From positions 671,877-735,876 of the forward strand of contig BFEA01000014.1 of NCBI GenBank assembly GCA_003427395.1: DNA of 64,000 bases, in the 5' to 3' direction. A model generated the notes under the pieces. That model ran no database searches. It saw nothing but the letters and a program-made list of their open reading frames with translations, and was not told where the DNA came from. The stretch's first letter is position 1; each line of letters begins with the position of its first letter. The translations under genes were made by a program, and so were the position numbers. Of this stretch, positions 22,901 through 34,908 are shown one piece after another. The stretch comes from Chara braunii. Lineage: Eukaryota > Plantae > Charophyceae.

Positions 22901-25540
22901 CGTGTCCAATCCTGTCTCTTGGTGTGGCTTGGAGTCTTGAACTCTTTATGGGATGGCGCTCTTGCTTCAACGGCCTCTATTCACAATAAGCAGGAGAGAA
23001 ATGTGTGCGTGGCAATCTTCAAGCAGAAGCGATGGTAGTCATATGAAAATAACAAGACTGGTAATGATAATAGTGATAACAATGAAACTAAAATTTAATT
23101 ATAATAATGTTGTTGGTAATATACCCACAGTGGGCCAGCGTGTTCATACCGTACTCAATGGGACAACAACGATCCAAGAGCAAGCCAATAGGTATGGCGC
23201 CGGGTGAGTGATCCTCAGCACAACTGCAGAGTGGTTCACCTGTTTCAATCAAGAGATGAGAACTCAAAACAATGTTATTCCAGGCTTTATCATCACACAG
23301 TAACCACATTGTCCGTGCAATTGGGGAAACCTATGCAACGGACCTTCTACCTCACACTGCTCAGTCTGTTTTGAAGCTTTTGCTCCATACTCATTAAATA
23401 CTCTCCAAAAGACTAGTCGACACGGGAACATCAAGCTTGAAACAGGTTTCCGAAGTAGACTCGGAATAAATTGGAAAAGTTGACAAAATTTGAAAAATTT
23501 GAAAATGAATACACTGCAAAAACACAATTCAAGACAACCATGAGAACACCCCATGACTACCTGGATCGCTGTGTGTTGGAGTATATTTGCAGATGTCTGC
23601 ATTCTGCCATTGCCAGCAGCACCAAGGATCTCCCTTAGTACCCTGGGACTGGGCTCCCTTGTTTTTTCCCTGAAGATGGGTCATTTTGATTTGCAGCAGG
23701 GGAGGCGGGTGAGCCATGAGGGGGGGGCAGCTGGAGGGGGAGGGTCAGTGTCCGGGCCCGGGATTACAAGGGGGTTGGCAGTGCCTTCAAGGGTATCTTA
23801 TGCAGTGGGACGGACAGGCAGCAAAACAAAGTTTCTCTTTTGTTGTGCTGTAGTGTGGATTGAGTGTCCGAGTGTCTTACTCCGCACCATATGGTTGTCA
23901 TTTGTTGGGCCATCTTTGTCTTCCGAGTCGTCTCTATTGTATCTTGTCGAACCAGCAGTGATAACCTCGGTGAGCTACCCTAAGGCTTAAGCGGGCACTT
24001 ACAGAGTCCTTCTCAGGCGGTGGGCCCTACCCTGTCCAACAATGTCCGTACCGTGCAAGCAGTAGGCGTTATGCTACCAACGCCTTGTAACACCCCTCTA
24101 TTTTTGGAACCAGCTCTTCCCAAAACCCTCCCACCCGTGCGGCCATGATAGTGAGAGCTTTCAGGAAGATTTTTGTGGGGAAACCCCTCTTCCTTCAACT
24201 CCCTGTGCAGAGTGATGAGTGAAATTGGAACCAAGGCATCAGTATCGGTGTTTGCTCGGATGCGATGATGCACCACACCGGTTCATACAGTTTTCAGTGG
24301 GCAGCACAAAGCCACCTTGGGAAAAAGAGGCTGGAGCCTGGAGGTAGTGGTGATTTGAAGAAACATCATTTACAAGCTCTATGCACAGGACGGTGCAGGA
24401 ATCCCATGCCGCCTGTGATGGCTCCTCGCTATTAGTGGGGTGCTGCACTTGCTGGAAACTGGGTGCAGCGTCCCCTACAGCATTGACTTGACAATTTACT
24501 CTGCTCCTTTGCACATTGTTGACCAGGCTCCTTAGGTACACCGGTGGAAAAGACCACTGAATGCCAAAGCATAGTACATGTTGGATAGGCACAGGTCACA
24601 CTACGTAGCTTCAATGACGAAGGATCCCTGCCTGCGTTCTCTTAAAGTGCCCACTGATTAATCAACAAAATTGTTTGGCCCAAAATGAAAACCCTCCAGT
24701 CGCTCGCAAGCATGCAGTACTCCACTGCACTAAGAGCACGCTGTTCTTCGCTGCACCGAGAGCATGCAATTAGACTTCACAGCACCGAGCGCATGCAATT
24801 ATACTTGACAGCACCGAGAGCATTCAATACTTCACTGCGATGCAAGCATGCCATACTCCACTGGCCCACCTTTCCTACCTCAATTGCTGACCCTTCACAT
24901 CACCCCCCCTGTGATAAGGGTCATCAACGTGAAGGAAAAAAAGGAAAAACCTCCCACATCAGGCCTTCCATTGAATCCACTTTGTCATACAATACTGAAT
25001 CTCGGCTCTGCCAGCCTTTATGTTTTAACATCCACGGGCCAGTCATTCCATCCTGAAGGTCATACAGGCACCCTCACGATCCCAGCCCTGCCACTAATAA
25101 ATGGCTCTTTTGAAGCGTTCCTACTGATGGGGAGCTGCACCTGCTGGGAACCGGGTCCAGTGTGCCTTTGGAGAACAGGATACAACTGAGTCTGAAGGCA
25201 GCATCGCAGTCGTGATGCAGCTATGATATCCTCTTACTCCGAGTCTCAGCATTGAATCTCTTATTCTGCTTAGTCACCTCAGCGTGTCACAGCAACTATA
25301 CATCCTCTTGGACACAAGCTCCACCAATCTACCTGCACTACAACAGCAGAACGGCCCCCCACACCTACTTTCAGATGTCACTCACAGTTGATCCTATGCG
25401 CACAAGTTCCACTAGAACCACCAACATGCCCTGTCCTTCTAGCCCCTTAATATCGCCATGAAACCCCGCAGCTGGGGTTAGATTGCTCTCTGACAAATGT
25501 AGATTGGATGATTGTTAGATCTATGTTTTTAGCTATAAAC

Positions 25541-25953
25541 CATGGTAACCCCAGACCCGGACACCGGACACTTCCGGACTGTCTTCTGGACCAGTGTCTG
25601 GACCGGTCCGAACTGTCGGCCAGTGATCCGGACATCCCCGGCCACCAGACATCACCAGACAACAGACAGTCCGGACCGGTCCCAGGGCTGTCTCTTATAC
25701 ACATCTAGATGTGTATAAGAGACAGCTGTAGTTCCGGCAGCAGAGCACGTGTCTCGCAGCAAATCAACCAGCACATTTAACTAGCAGACATGCAGAGTTG
25801 CAAACAGTGCAAAGCAGGCACAAGACTAAGAAACAGAGAATTTCTTTTTTGAAAAAAGTATGATACTAGAAATTTGAACTTTGGATTTAGTAATTTAAGT
25901 TCATGGCCTCAACATTATCATTTGGAATATCAGCCTTGGGCACTGGGCCCGTT

Positions 25954-25984
<31 letters not shown>

Positions 25985-26381
25985 CTTCATATACAACTTT
26001 TGAACTTTGGAGTTCAATTCAGAACGTCAGAGTCTTCAGACTGGCAGCACTATCAGTGCTCTCTCTCTCTCTCTCACTCTCTCTCTCTCTCTCTCCCCCC
26101 CCTCAACGGGCAGCAGCGGCAGGCACCACGTCGAAACAGCGGCTTTGAAATTGCTCGGGTGTCTGGACCTCTAGGCCATGTCCGGTGGGGTGAAAGGACA
26201 CTTAAAAATCACCCCATTATTTTTCGAGGGGCAGCTAGGACCCGATAAACGTCCTGGGCCGCCCCAATTTTTTTTTTTTTTTTTTGCCTCAGGGGCCTCC
26301 ATCTGGGCATGAGGACCGGACACCGGACACCAGACACCGGACTGTCTGGAACCCGGTCCGGACGTCCGGACGGTTACCCTG
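25541..26381. mobile_element. Non-autonomous hAT element (841 bp as assembled)
   Basis: TIRs CATGGTAACC...GGTTACCCTG, perfect 8-bp TSD CTATAAAC (25533-25540, 26382-26389), and many subterminal CCGGAC/GTCCGG repeats. Contains an adapter junction, so the interior may be mis-joined. Confidence 0.85.
25688..25725. other. Nextera mate-pair junction adapter (assembly artefact)
   Basis: Exact 38-bp junction sequence. Confidence 0.98.
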
Positions 26382-26869
26382 CTATAAACATGACAAGTTT
26401 TCTTTTTTCTTTTTTTGTTTTACAAAATACAGCCCGAGCTAGTACAAGGGGTGCTGATTGGAGCAGACACCACTACCACTCTCAGGGAGGCTCCATCTAT
26501 TGGTGGGGTGAGACACCTGCTGGAAAGCGGGTCCAGCATCGCTGAACATTGTAATCATTCATTTGACCACTGTCAGGTGTGTTTGTAGTATATGCACCGA
26601 CATTTCCTGATGAGTAGGGATTAACTGCTCATCGAAGCCCTAGCATCATCACCCTGCCCTGCTCAACTCATCTACTGCTACATGGACCATTCACCACCAT
26701 GAGAAGGGGGGGAAGTCATAGCAGGGCCGGGTTTAATCCCAGAGACTAAAGAGCATACCTTTCTCCAATGCCCTGGAGTCATAGCAGGGTCTGGTTTAAT
26801 CCCAGTCTGAGAGACTAAAGAGCGTACCTTTCTTCAATGCCCTGGAGCAATACTAACATGGCATGGAGG

Positions 26870-27791
26870 AATACTAACATCGCATGGAGGGACATATTTT
26901 GGGGCATTTCCATACAGACCCACCTTGAAGTTGCCTGTGGGAGTGGCAGGCTCTGTTATGTGGAGCCGGGCACCCACCCCAAGCCAACAGCTTTACAAGA
27001 AGCATGTTTGCTTTAGGGTGGAAAGCGGTACTCTGGGCCCTCTGGTGGAAGATTTGCACTTATGAGGTGGAAGGTACCAGGCTGGAGGGTGAGGTATTGA
27101 CAGAGAACATAAAACAGCAAGTTGAGACCGACCTCCTTTCGCAATTGGAACAGATGAAAACAAAATTAGACCATACACATAAAAAGGCTGAAATCTCAGA
27201 CATCAAAAATTTCATTATGGACTGGCCGGGAGGGGAACAGGGGGGATGGATCGCTGAGGTGCAGTGGGAGGGACGGCAGGAAGAAGAACACGGCCACGGC
27301 CAACTAAAATGCAACTACAAGCTCATCTTCCATGAATCGACCAAGATGATTGATGCCTCTGTCCCCCTGCGGCCCATCGGCCCCCCTCTGATTTCCTGAC
27401 CCCTTTATCCCACACAACCTCCTCTCTCTTGTTGGACTACAATGGTACAGAAAGGAATGATGCCCCAACCTTCCACGAGGCTAGGAGAGCAAGTTTTATC
27501 AGGCGTCCCAGGGGTAGGGATGAAGAGGCCAGGCAGGGCTGGTGTAGCCAGCCAGGTATCATTTCTCAGGCTTTTCTTTTGCAGTATCGTTGCTGAGTCA
27601 GATTCTAAGTCTGGAAAGAATATCAACATGAACTCTGTATGATGGGACACCGGCCCCGGTTTCCAGCAGGTGACACTCCCCACCAATAGATAAAAACTTA
27701 AGCCAATGATGAGGGGTGCTAGACTACGTGGGGGATTGCTCTTACCGCCCCAATAAACCCCCTGTCAAAGTTAAAAATAAAATAAAAAAAA
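26870..27791 (+). mobile_element. 5'-truncated LINE 3' stub
   Basis: ORF 27004-27399 (WKAVLWALWW..., homologous to 18493-18867). 3' motif at 27644-27690; A-rich tail at 27773-27791. Confidence 0.6.
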
Positions 27792-28344
27792 CGCACATTC
27801 CTAAAACAACTGAACATCATAAAATTGAAGGATGAGGGAAAACCATCCAATACAGTCCCTCTTCTGCTTTTCACCACATACCCAACCATGGGCCATGAGT
27901 TCCCACAAATCTCCCAATCCCTTCAAATTTTCTCGAGTTGCCTCTCCGCCCGAGCAAAGCTGCCACTCATACCACACTAATTCCAGCCACCTCCGTCCCT
28001 CTTTTGTTTTCACCAACTCAAGACTTCGTAGATGCCTTGAAAAAGGTAGCACGTAGCTAAAAGATAGCACAATTCGTAGATTTCATAGATTTTCAATTCT
28101 ACCCCTCAGCTTTTGTTTTCACGTACTCTACCCCTCACCATGCTACAGCTGGCCGCTCCAAATAGAAACCAACCAGGAAAATACCATCACTCAAGAACCC
28201 CACAATCCCAATCCATTTCTAATGCTTCCTCCACTCATGTGACTCATATGACTCATCACATGGTCTACTCAGCAAGCTTCTGCTTTACATGCGTAGAAGT
28301 TTTGCCATTAAATCTGGACCCTGGACTCCGTATGCATGCACGAA

Positions 28345-28419
<75 letters not shown>

Positions 28420-28420
28420 N

Positions 28421-29179
28421 GAGAGAGAGAGAGAGAGAGAGAGAGAGACGTCACCGTGCAATTGTCCTAGGACGAAAGAGGAGAAGCTTGTCCCGGCTCG
28501 CTTGAGGAAGAGAGCTGAGACAGTTCGGAGATGCCCCTGCTGACGGAGGCGGTGTGGCTATAAGGACGAACTCCAATGCTAAGACGGCACGTCGGACCTG
28601 ATCTTTCTGTTTTCTCTTTGAAACCGTTATTAGAAAATAGAAACAGTTACTTAGTGGTTTCGCCGTGATTTTCGTTTGGCCTTGCGTAGAAGGCCAGTGC
28701 TGTTCTTTCTGCGATATCCGCGTCAGCCAACAGAGACGTGACTCGTTACCTCTTTCCTGTTGTTCTGGAGGTGAGTGTCACACGGGGCTTCTTTTTTTTT
28801 TCCTTACTTGACACACGGGGCATATGGTGTCGGTTCTATCGGTTCTATTTTTAATTTGTTTTAACGGCCCTGCGTCCTAACTGCCAGGCACTGGCCTCGC
28901 CTCGTGGTTTGGTCAGTTATCAACGCTCCTAACGTCTTCGGGTACTCACACGTCTTCGGGTACTTACACGAGCACTTTCCAGAATCCATGTGGCTGCAAA
29001 TACGGCCAGACCTGGACGAACGTGACTGCGTTCACGTCCAGAGCTTTGTCGAAAAAAAATCCCTCGTGTCAGTATGGCCTTCACCACTCGGATAGTCCTC
29101 TTTTTCTTTTTCTTATTTTTGGGACGGATAGACCTCTTTTGTAGCGGGCCTCGCCCGTGTCCGCTCAATTACTGGTAGT

Positions 29180-29212
<33 letters not shown>

Positions 29213-29264
29213 AGAGAGAGAGAGAGAGAGAGAGAGAGCTCTGTGCGTGTGTACACACAGACAG

Positions 29265-29295
<31 letters not shown>
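28421..29295 (+). other. Apparently identical copy of about 33976-34850 (offset 5555), probable mis-assembly
   Basis: The two copies give identical ORF translations. This copy is bounded by an N at 28420 and a Nextera adapter at 29296. Confidence 0.8.
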
Positions 29296-29297
<2 letters not shown>

Positions 29298-29333
29298 GTC
29301 TCTTATACACATCTAGATGTGTATAAGAGACAG
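29296..29333. other. Nextera mate-pair junction adapter (assembly artefact)
   Basis: Exact 38-bp junction sequence, followed by (CT)n and a ~77-nt poly(C). Confidence 0.98.
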
Positions 29334-29348
29334 CTCTCTCTCTCTCTC

Positions 29349-29428
<80 letters not shown>

Positions 29429-29484
29429 CAACTCCAGCCCTCAATCCTCTCCCTAGTCTATCCTTCCTACCATCCATGGCATTA

Positions 29485-32400
29485 TTAAAACACTTGTGGC
29501 CTGACTTGGACAACTGTCCACTCTCCGTTGCAAAAGACTCCTTCAATGTCCTGTGGGGTGCCTCCCATGGCATTCTCCATCTCTTTCCCAACCTGTGCAA
29601 TCCCACGGGTGATCTCATCGCGGAACTGGGGATCCCAAATGAGTCTCTCATCCACATAGTCAATAGCTTGCATCTGAGGAGGTTTGACAATCTCACTTTC
29701 ATACAACCCAGCCCCAGCGAAGTCCTCAAGATCTTCTCCATTTGAGTCAGACCTCACAATCAGTGATTCCTCCATCGCAAAGAAGGCAAATCGCTTGGAA
29801 GGGAGTGACAATATATGACATGACCCCGAACGCTTGTCTGCTGTGAAACTCAGAGCACAACCAGGGTAATTGCCCACCAATGCTTCTCCCAACCCTGGCA
29901 CCACCTCGCAAAACATGAGATTCGCATCCTTGGTTGTTGGATCTATGGTGTGGATGACAAATGCATACTCTGCTGGGATCACTTTCTGCAGCAGGCAACC
30001 CATGTACAAGTCCTTGTCTGGAAATCCTCTAGCGCGGCGGGCCAGCCAGGCCCGGCTTGTCCACTTACTGCCCCAGACCTTGCAGATTGCACGCCACATG
30101 CTGTCCCAGGCTCCGTTGGCACTGGAGGCTCTATCTTCACTGACCTGCAGCCCGGCACCCACAACAGCATGTGCGAGCTCCTCTCGCAGCCCGATTGGGG
30201 CCAGCAACCTCGTTTCAACAAGTTTGCGCACGTCTTCGAGCTGCTCTGCTGGCAATGCTGATGATTTGCGTCGACGGGTCTCAACCTCCTCCAGTTTGTG
30301 GCTTACCCGTGCTGCCACTTCAGCATTCACAGGGTCTGCCAGCACACGCTCAAAGGTCCCGAAAGGAAGGGCAGCAGATGGTGGAAGCTTTATCCTAGCT
30401 GGAACTCTTGACCTGACCTTTGCAATGTTGCCTGCTTTATGGCCAACAACTCCTGAAGAGAACTTCTCTTCTGTGATTGCCCAGGCCTGCGATTTCGAAA
30501 CTGCCGGGACCTCTAGCTGACGGCTGGCAGGTGATTGATTGCCACTCGATTCCATGACGTCCGCTGTCCCCAAGGCCACATCTTCTTTCTCCGTTACCTT
30601 GACCTTCCCTGAGGAATCTCCAGATGCCAGCACTGGTTTCCCTTGCATCTGACAGATGGACGCAAACTCATCAGCATCGAAGCACGTTGCCAGCAATACC
30701 TTGGAATTGCGAGCTCGGATGGCCACATGACTGAGTACATCCGTTGTGGAGGACGTGAGAACTCCTACTACCCCAATAGGAATGTCCTCCATCCCTCCTA
30801 GATCCTTGATGACAGCAATTTGAGGCGTGTCATAAACCTCCCCTTGCACAGATGCGAGCGACGGAAGAACCATGACAACACCCTGTGCACTCGCTTGGCT
30901 GATTACCTGCCAACTGGAGAGGCCGGCTGTGCTCCTCAACATGGGCTCCAGTCTTTGCAACATGATGGACAGCTGGAACAAGGGATGCCCTCTCACCACC
31001 TCTTCGCCAAAGTTTGTGACGTAAGACTGCTGTATGTTGCACGCCAGGCCAAACCGCTCCGCATGAGGCTGAACACAATTGTGTATCTGATCCATGAAGG
31101 CCTGCAGACCCAGTGAGAGTCTGTTGACTGCAGCCAATGCGAGCATGGCCCACTCCTTGGACCACCTGCCATGCTGGCTCTTAACCTTCACCCAATAGTT
31201 ATAGCAGTGACCGATTTCGCTGCTCTCGGCTGCAATGCACCCATTTTCCAGCACGAGGGCAATGAGTTCACAAAGGTCATCACCTGACAAGCTTGACTTG
31301 TCGATCCGAGACATATGCAAGCTGAAGTACCCCTCAAGGGCAATGTCCAACAACAACACATCTCTACTTGACCAGTCGCTCCGCCAGACGGATTCCAGCT
31401 TCTTACGAGCCTCCACGATCTTCCCGGGTACCCACCAGGCATCACGATCAGCCAATATGCTATACAGAGTGTGCTTGAGATCGTCATCCAAAAAGCCTTT
31501 GCTCATCTCCACCATTACGTCTAGATCGGCACCCGCATGCACAGTCTTCAGAACCCACAAGAAATGCTGGAAGGGCTGAATGAGATGCGGAAGGTGAACT
31601 GGGTCGGACCTGATAGGATGGTCCATGGACCGCAGCCATTCCCTGGAAATACCCCCTTTGTTCCACAAGGCACTGTAGAACTCGTCAATGGACCCCGTAT
31701 GGAGAAAATGAAGGTAGGCCTCGCAAATGGTTATGTCTTCGGGACTGGTATTGGTGTGCAATTTCTGGTGCCACTGCTCCAAGAAGGGTTCATGCAGCCC
31801 CGGCCTGTGGCCCTCGCGAATGCCGTGCGCGCGCATGATGTGCAAGATCCCCATGCGAATCTGCTCCGAGTCGCCGCCTCCGCGCGGAAGCGTGGCCATT
31901 GCCATTCTCGCGAACCGTCTGACGCCGGGATCAGCAGACGCTCGCGCTTTCATCATCATCCGCGTCGTCATCACCTTCTGAACGTGAGCAATGTCCTTCG
32001 TCTGGTAATTAGAATTCCTGTACCAGTCTAGCAGACGGTTGGCTGAGAGCCGCAGCCAGGTGAAGACGAAGCCCATCCCATCCTCCCCAGCGCTTTCAGC
32101 TCCGTCCAGCACCTCCATCGCCAGTATGAAGCGATTGAACAGACCCCAGTTGGAGTAGGTGCTCTCTGCGGCTATCACTTTGTCAACGAGTTGCTCTAAA
32201 CCAATCGGCTTCAGATCAACCGTAAAGAACGTGCCGTTGTTGTACCATTTCTCGCCTTTCTTCAGGACAAAAACTAGCCGTTGAGGAGCGAGCGCCTCCT
32301 CCACGCTTAGTCTCACCTGCCAGGATGCACCCTGATCACCGTCGTTCCTGCGAAACGGAGTCTGCACTGCATCCCGATCCGCCTGATGACTGTCCTCAGT

Positions 32401-33504
32401 CCACATTTCCTGAGGCGGCAGCTGCCAGTCGTTCGCCGCCCAGTGCAGGATGACACCCTCCTCCTCGCCCTGGCTGACAGTCACGACATAACGACCCCCC
32501 GGGCTGCGGCGAGCCTCCACGTGGAGGTTCCACCCATCGGCAATCTCGTACGTTTCAGAAGACAACACTTGCGCACTCTCCTCTTCCGTCCTGAGCTCTT
32601 CCTCCAGAGATGGCATTTGCCTGCTAACCGCCGCTTCGCGGACGAACGTCGGCCGCCGTGAGAACGATCGCCGACGATGCGAATACAACGGCGGGGCCGG
32701 ATCCAGCGACGATGTCCGAAACGAAGACGAAAAGGAGCAGCGGCTGCCATCGCTGCGGCTGAAAGAAAAACACCGAGAAAACACGAATTGGAGCGAGTTC
32801 TTGCGTTCTAGACCGCACCTTGAAGCAGGACTTTCACAGGAATCGCCTTGATTATCCCCGAAGCTGTGGCTCGTTAATCTGTTGCTGCTGTCGAGAGCTT
32901 CCCCCCCGATCATCGCTCCACGTCGGCTCGTTTTCCCTGACTCATGCAACAAGGAAGACGACATGGTAGGCACAGAGCGAGGGTTCGACGCCACTGATAC
33001 CACAGGTTGCGCATCAGATCCCTTCCAAACGGAGCAATGGCTGCGCCGAGGCCCAACAAGATGGCACGGAGACGGAAACAAGGGCGCGGAGACACACGGA
33101 GGGAAGCAGCCTTCGGTGAAATGACGACGACGACGCCTAGGAGCTCCTCCTCTCGAGAAAAGCCTGGCGCGACCTCCGTTTGAGTAGCTGTAGCCATCCT
33201 CTCCCTCTCCTTCTCCTCCTCCTCCTCCTCCTACTCCTACGTTGAGGGTAAGGGAGTGGCGTGTGCTTACCAATGGTGCCGAAGCTGCAGGGAGATGTTC
33301 CCTGCGCTCTAGATAGGTGCGGCGAAGGCGATTCCCAAGGAGGAGTGCAGCAGTTGATGGAGCGCATTCGGGGCGATCGTGATGAGGAATTTCGCGAAAC
33401 GTCGCTCTGGCTGCCGGGATTCCTCCACAAGCGACCGGGACTGCAGCACACGAAGCGCTCGCAGGAAGGATGATGCCAGCAGCATACGTAGCCATCATCT
33501 CCAT
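29485..33504 (-). CDS. GWD: Alpha-glucan water dikinase (GWD family, starch phosphorylation), single exon, 1339 aa, probable plastid-targeting N-terminus
   Basis: Uninterrupted 4020-nt ORF. CBM45-like module (LHWA...W..PP...AVQTPF...FVLK...WYNN..F.V.L); GWD core (EQWHQKLHTNTSPEDITICEAYL, LKTVHAGADL, FGEEVVRG); phosphohistidine motif DVLSHVAIRARN (His codon 30727-30729); nucleotide-binding C-terminus (RSDSNGEDLEDFAGAGLYES, QDIEGV, VVQVRPQV). S/R/A-rich N-terminus; tandem TAA TAA stops. Confidence 0.95.
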   Translation of the reverse strand: MEMMATYAAGIILPASASCAAVPVACGGIPAARATFREIPHHDRPECAPSTAALLLGNRLRRTYLERREHLPAASAPLVSTRHSLTLNVGVGGGGGGEGEGEDGYSYSNGGRARLFSRGGAPRRRRRHFTEGCFPPCVSAPLFPSPCHLVGPRRSHCSVWKGSDAQPVVSVASNPRSVPTMSSSLLHESGKTSRRGAMIGGEALDSSNRLTSHSFGDNQGDSCESPASRCGLERKNSLQFVFSRCFSFSRSDGSRCSFSSSFRTSSLDPAPPLYSHRRRSFSRRPTFVREAAVSRQMPSLEEELRTEEESAQVLSSETYEIADGWNLHVEARRSPGGRYVVTVSQGEEEGVILHWAANDWQLPPQEMWTEDSHQADRDAVQTPFRRNDGDQGASWQVRLSVEEALAPQRLVFVLKKGEKWYNNGTFFTVDLKPIGLEQLVDKVIAAESTYSNWGLFNRFILAMEVLDGAESAGEDGMGFVFTWLRLSANRLLDWYRNSNYQTKDIAHVQKVMTTRMMMKARASADPGVRRFARMAMATLPRGGGDSEQIRMGILHIMRAHGIREGHRPGLHEPFLEQWHQKLHTNTSPEDITICEAYLHFLHTGSIDEFYSALWNKGGISREWLRSMDHPIRSDPVHLPHLIQPFQHFLWVLKTVHAGADLDVMVEMSKGFLDDDLKHTLYSILADRDAWWVPGKIVEARKKLESVWRSDWSSRDVLLLDIALEGYFSLHMSRIDKSSLSGDDLCELIALVLENGCIAAESSEIGHCYNYWVKVKSQHGRWSKEWAMLALAAVNRLSLGLQAFMDQIHNCVQPHAERFGLACNIQQSYVTNFGEEVVRGHPLFQLSIMLQRLEPMLRSTAGLSSWQVISQASAQGVVMVLPSLASVQGEVYDTPQIAVIKDLGGMEDIPIGVVGVLTSSTTDVLSHVAIRARNSKVLLATCFDADEFASICQMQGKPVLASGDSSGKVKVTEKEDVALGTADVMESSGNQSPASRQLEVPAVSKSQAWAITEEKFSSGVVGHKAGNIAKVRSRVPARIKLPPSAALPFGTFERVLADPVNAEVAARVSHKLEEVETRRRKSSALPAEQLEDVRKLVETRLLAPIGLREELAHAVVGAGLQVSEDRASSANGAWDSMWRAICKVWGSKWTSRAWLARRARGFPDKDLYMGCLLQKVIPAEYAFVIHTIDPTTKDANLMFCEVVPGLGEALVGNYPGCALSFTADKRSGSCHILSLPSKRFAFFAMEESLIVRSDSNGEDLEDFAGAGLYESEIVKPPQMQAIDYVDERLIWDPQFRDEITRGIAQVGKEMENAMGGTPQDIEGVFCNGEWTVVQVRPQVF

Positions 33505-33912
33505 GACGTCTCAGATTCGAACGCCAACCGCAAACGCACAGCCTCAGACTGAGCTAAACCTACGCACTCAGATAAGGAAAGCAACTCCTCCTACAGTACA
33601 TCACCCCCCCCCCTCCACTATCCCGCAAAAGAAGGCTGCCAGGTGACTGCAACGCGGTGCCGCCAGCTCTGATTACAACAAGCTTGCTGGTTATAATTCA
33701 CAACGAATCATCAAAATTCAAGCAAAAGACATCACCCCAGCCACCATGGACCCCCAGGAACCACCGGTGTCTGATGGCGATGGAGACGCACGTACGATTA
33801 CGATTGGCTTGGCATAGGAAGAGGGAACGTCCGTTCCGCCCAAGGTCGCAAGAGAATGGTAGAGAGTGAGGGAGAGATAGAGAGAGCGGGCAAGCAAGGA
33901 GACGCCCGGCAT

Positions 33913-33931
33913 GTGTGTGTGTGTGTGTGTG

Positions 33932-34002
<71 letters not shown>
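33913..34002. repeat. (GT)n(GA)n microsatellite about 400-500 bp upstream of the GWD start
   Basis: Directly visible. Confidence 0.9.
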
Positions 34003-34004
<2 letters not shown>

Positions 34005-34734
34005 GTCACCGTGCAATTGTCCTAGGACGAAAGAGGAGAAGCTTGTCCCGGCTCGCTTGAGGAAGAGAGCTGAGACAGTTCGGAGATGCCCCTGCTGACG
34101 GAGGCGGTGTGGCTATAAGGACGAACTCCAATGCTAAGACGGCACGTCGGACCTGATCTTTCTGTTTTCTCTTTGAAACCGTTATTAGAAAATAGAAACA
34201 GTTACTTAGTGGTTTCGCCGTGATTTTCGTTTGGCCTTGCGTAGAAGGCCAGTGCTGTTCTTTCTGCGATATCCGCGTCAGCCAACAGAGACGTGACTCG
34301 TTACCTCTTTCCTGTTGTTCTGGAGGTGAGTGTCACACGGGGCTTCTTTTTTTTTTCCTTACTTGACACACGGGGCATATGGTGTCGGTTCTATCGGTTC
34401 TATTTTTAATTTGTTTTAACGGCCCTGCGTCCTAACTGCCAGGCACTGGCCTCGCCTCGTGGTTTGGTCAGTTATCAACGCTCCTAACGTCTTCGGGTAC
34501 TCACACGTCTTCGGGTACTTACACGAGCACTTTCCAGAATCCATGTGGCTGCAAATACGGCCAGACCTGGACGAACGTGACTGCGTTCACGTCCAGAGCT
34601 TTGTCGAAAAAAAATCCCTCGTGTCAGTATGGCCTTCACCACTCGGATAGTCCTCTTTTTCTTTTTCTTATTTTTGGGACGGATAGACCTCTTTTGTAGC
34701 GGGCCTCGCCCGTGTCCGCTCAATTACTGGTAGT

Positions 34735-34769
<35 letters not shown>

Positions 34770-34819
34770 AGAGAGAGAGAGAGAGAGAGAGAGCTCTGTG
34801 CGTGTGTACACACAGACAG

Positions 34820-34908
<89 letters not shown>

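Noticed and set aside
26607-26640. CTGATGAG as a hammerhead core (also 19140 minus, 39382, 39776, 63538 minus)
   Set aside because: No stem II followed directly by GAAA and a stem III/UH. The 26.6- and 39.8-kb cases are arms of the LINE 3' hairpin.
29350-29426. Poly(C)/poly(G) tract as a functional element or poly-Pro/Gly ORF
   Set aside because: Adjacent to an adapter junction, so length and reality are unreliable.
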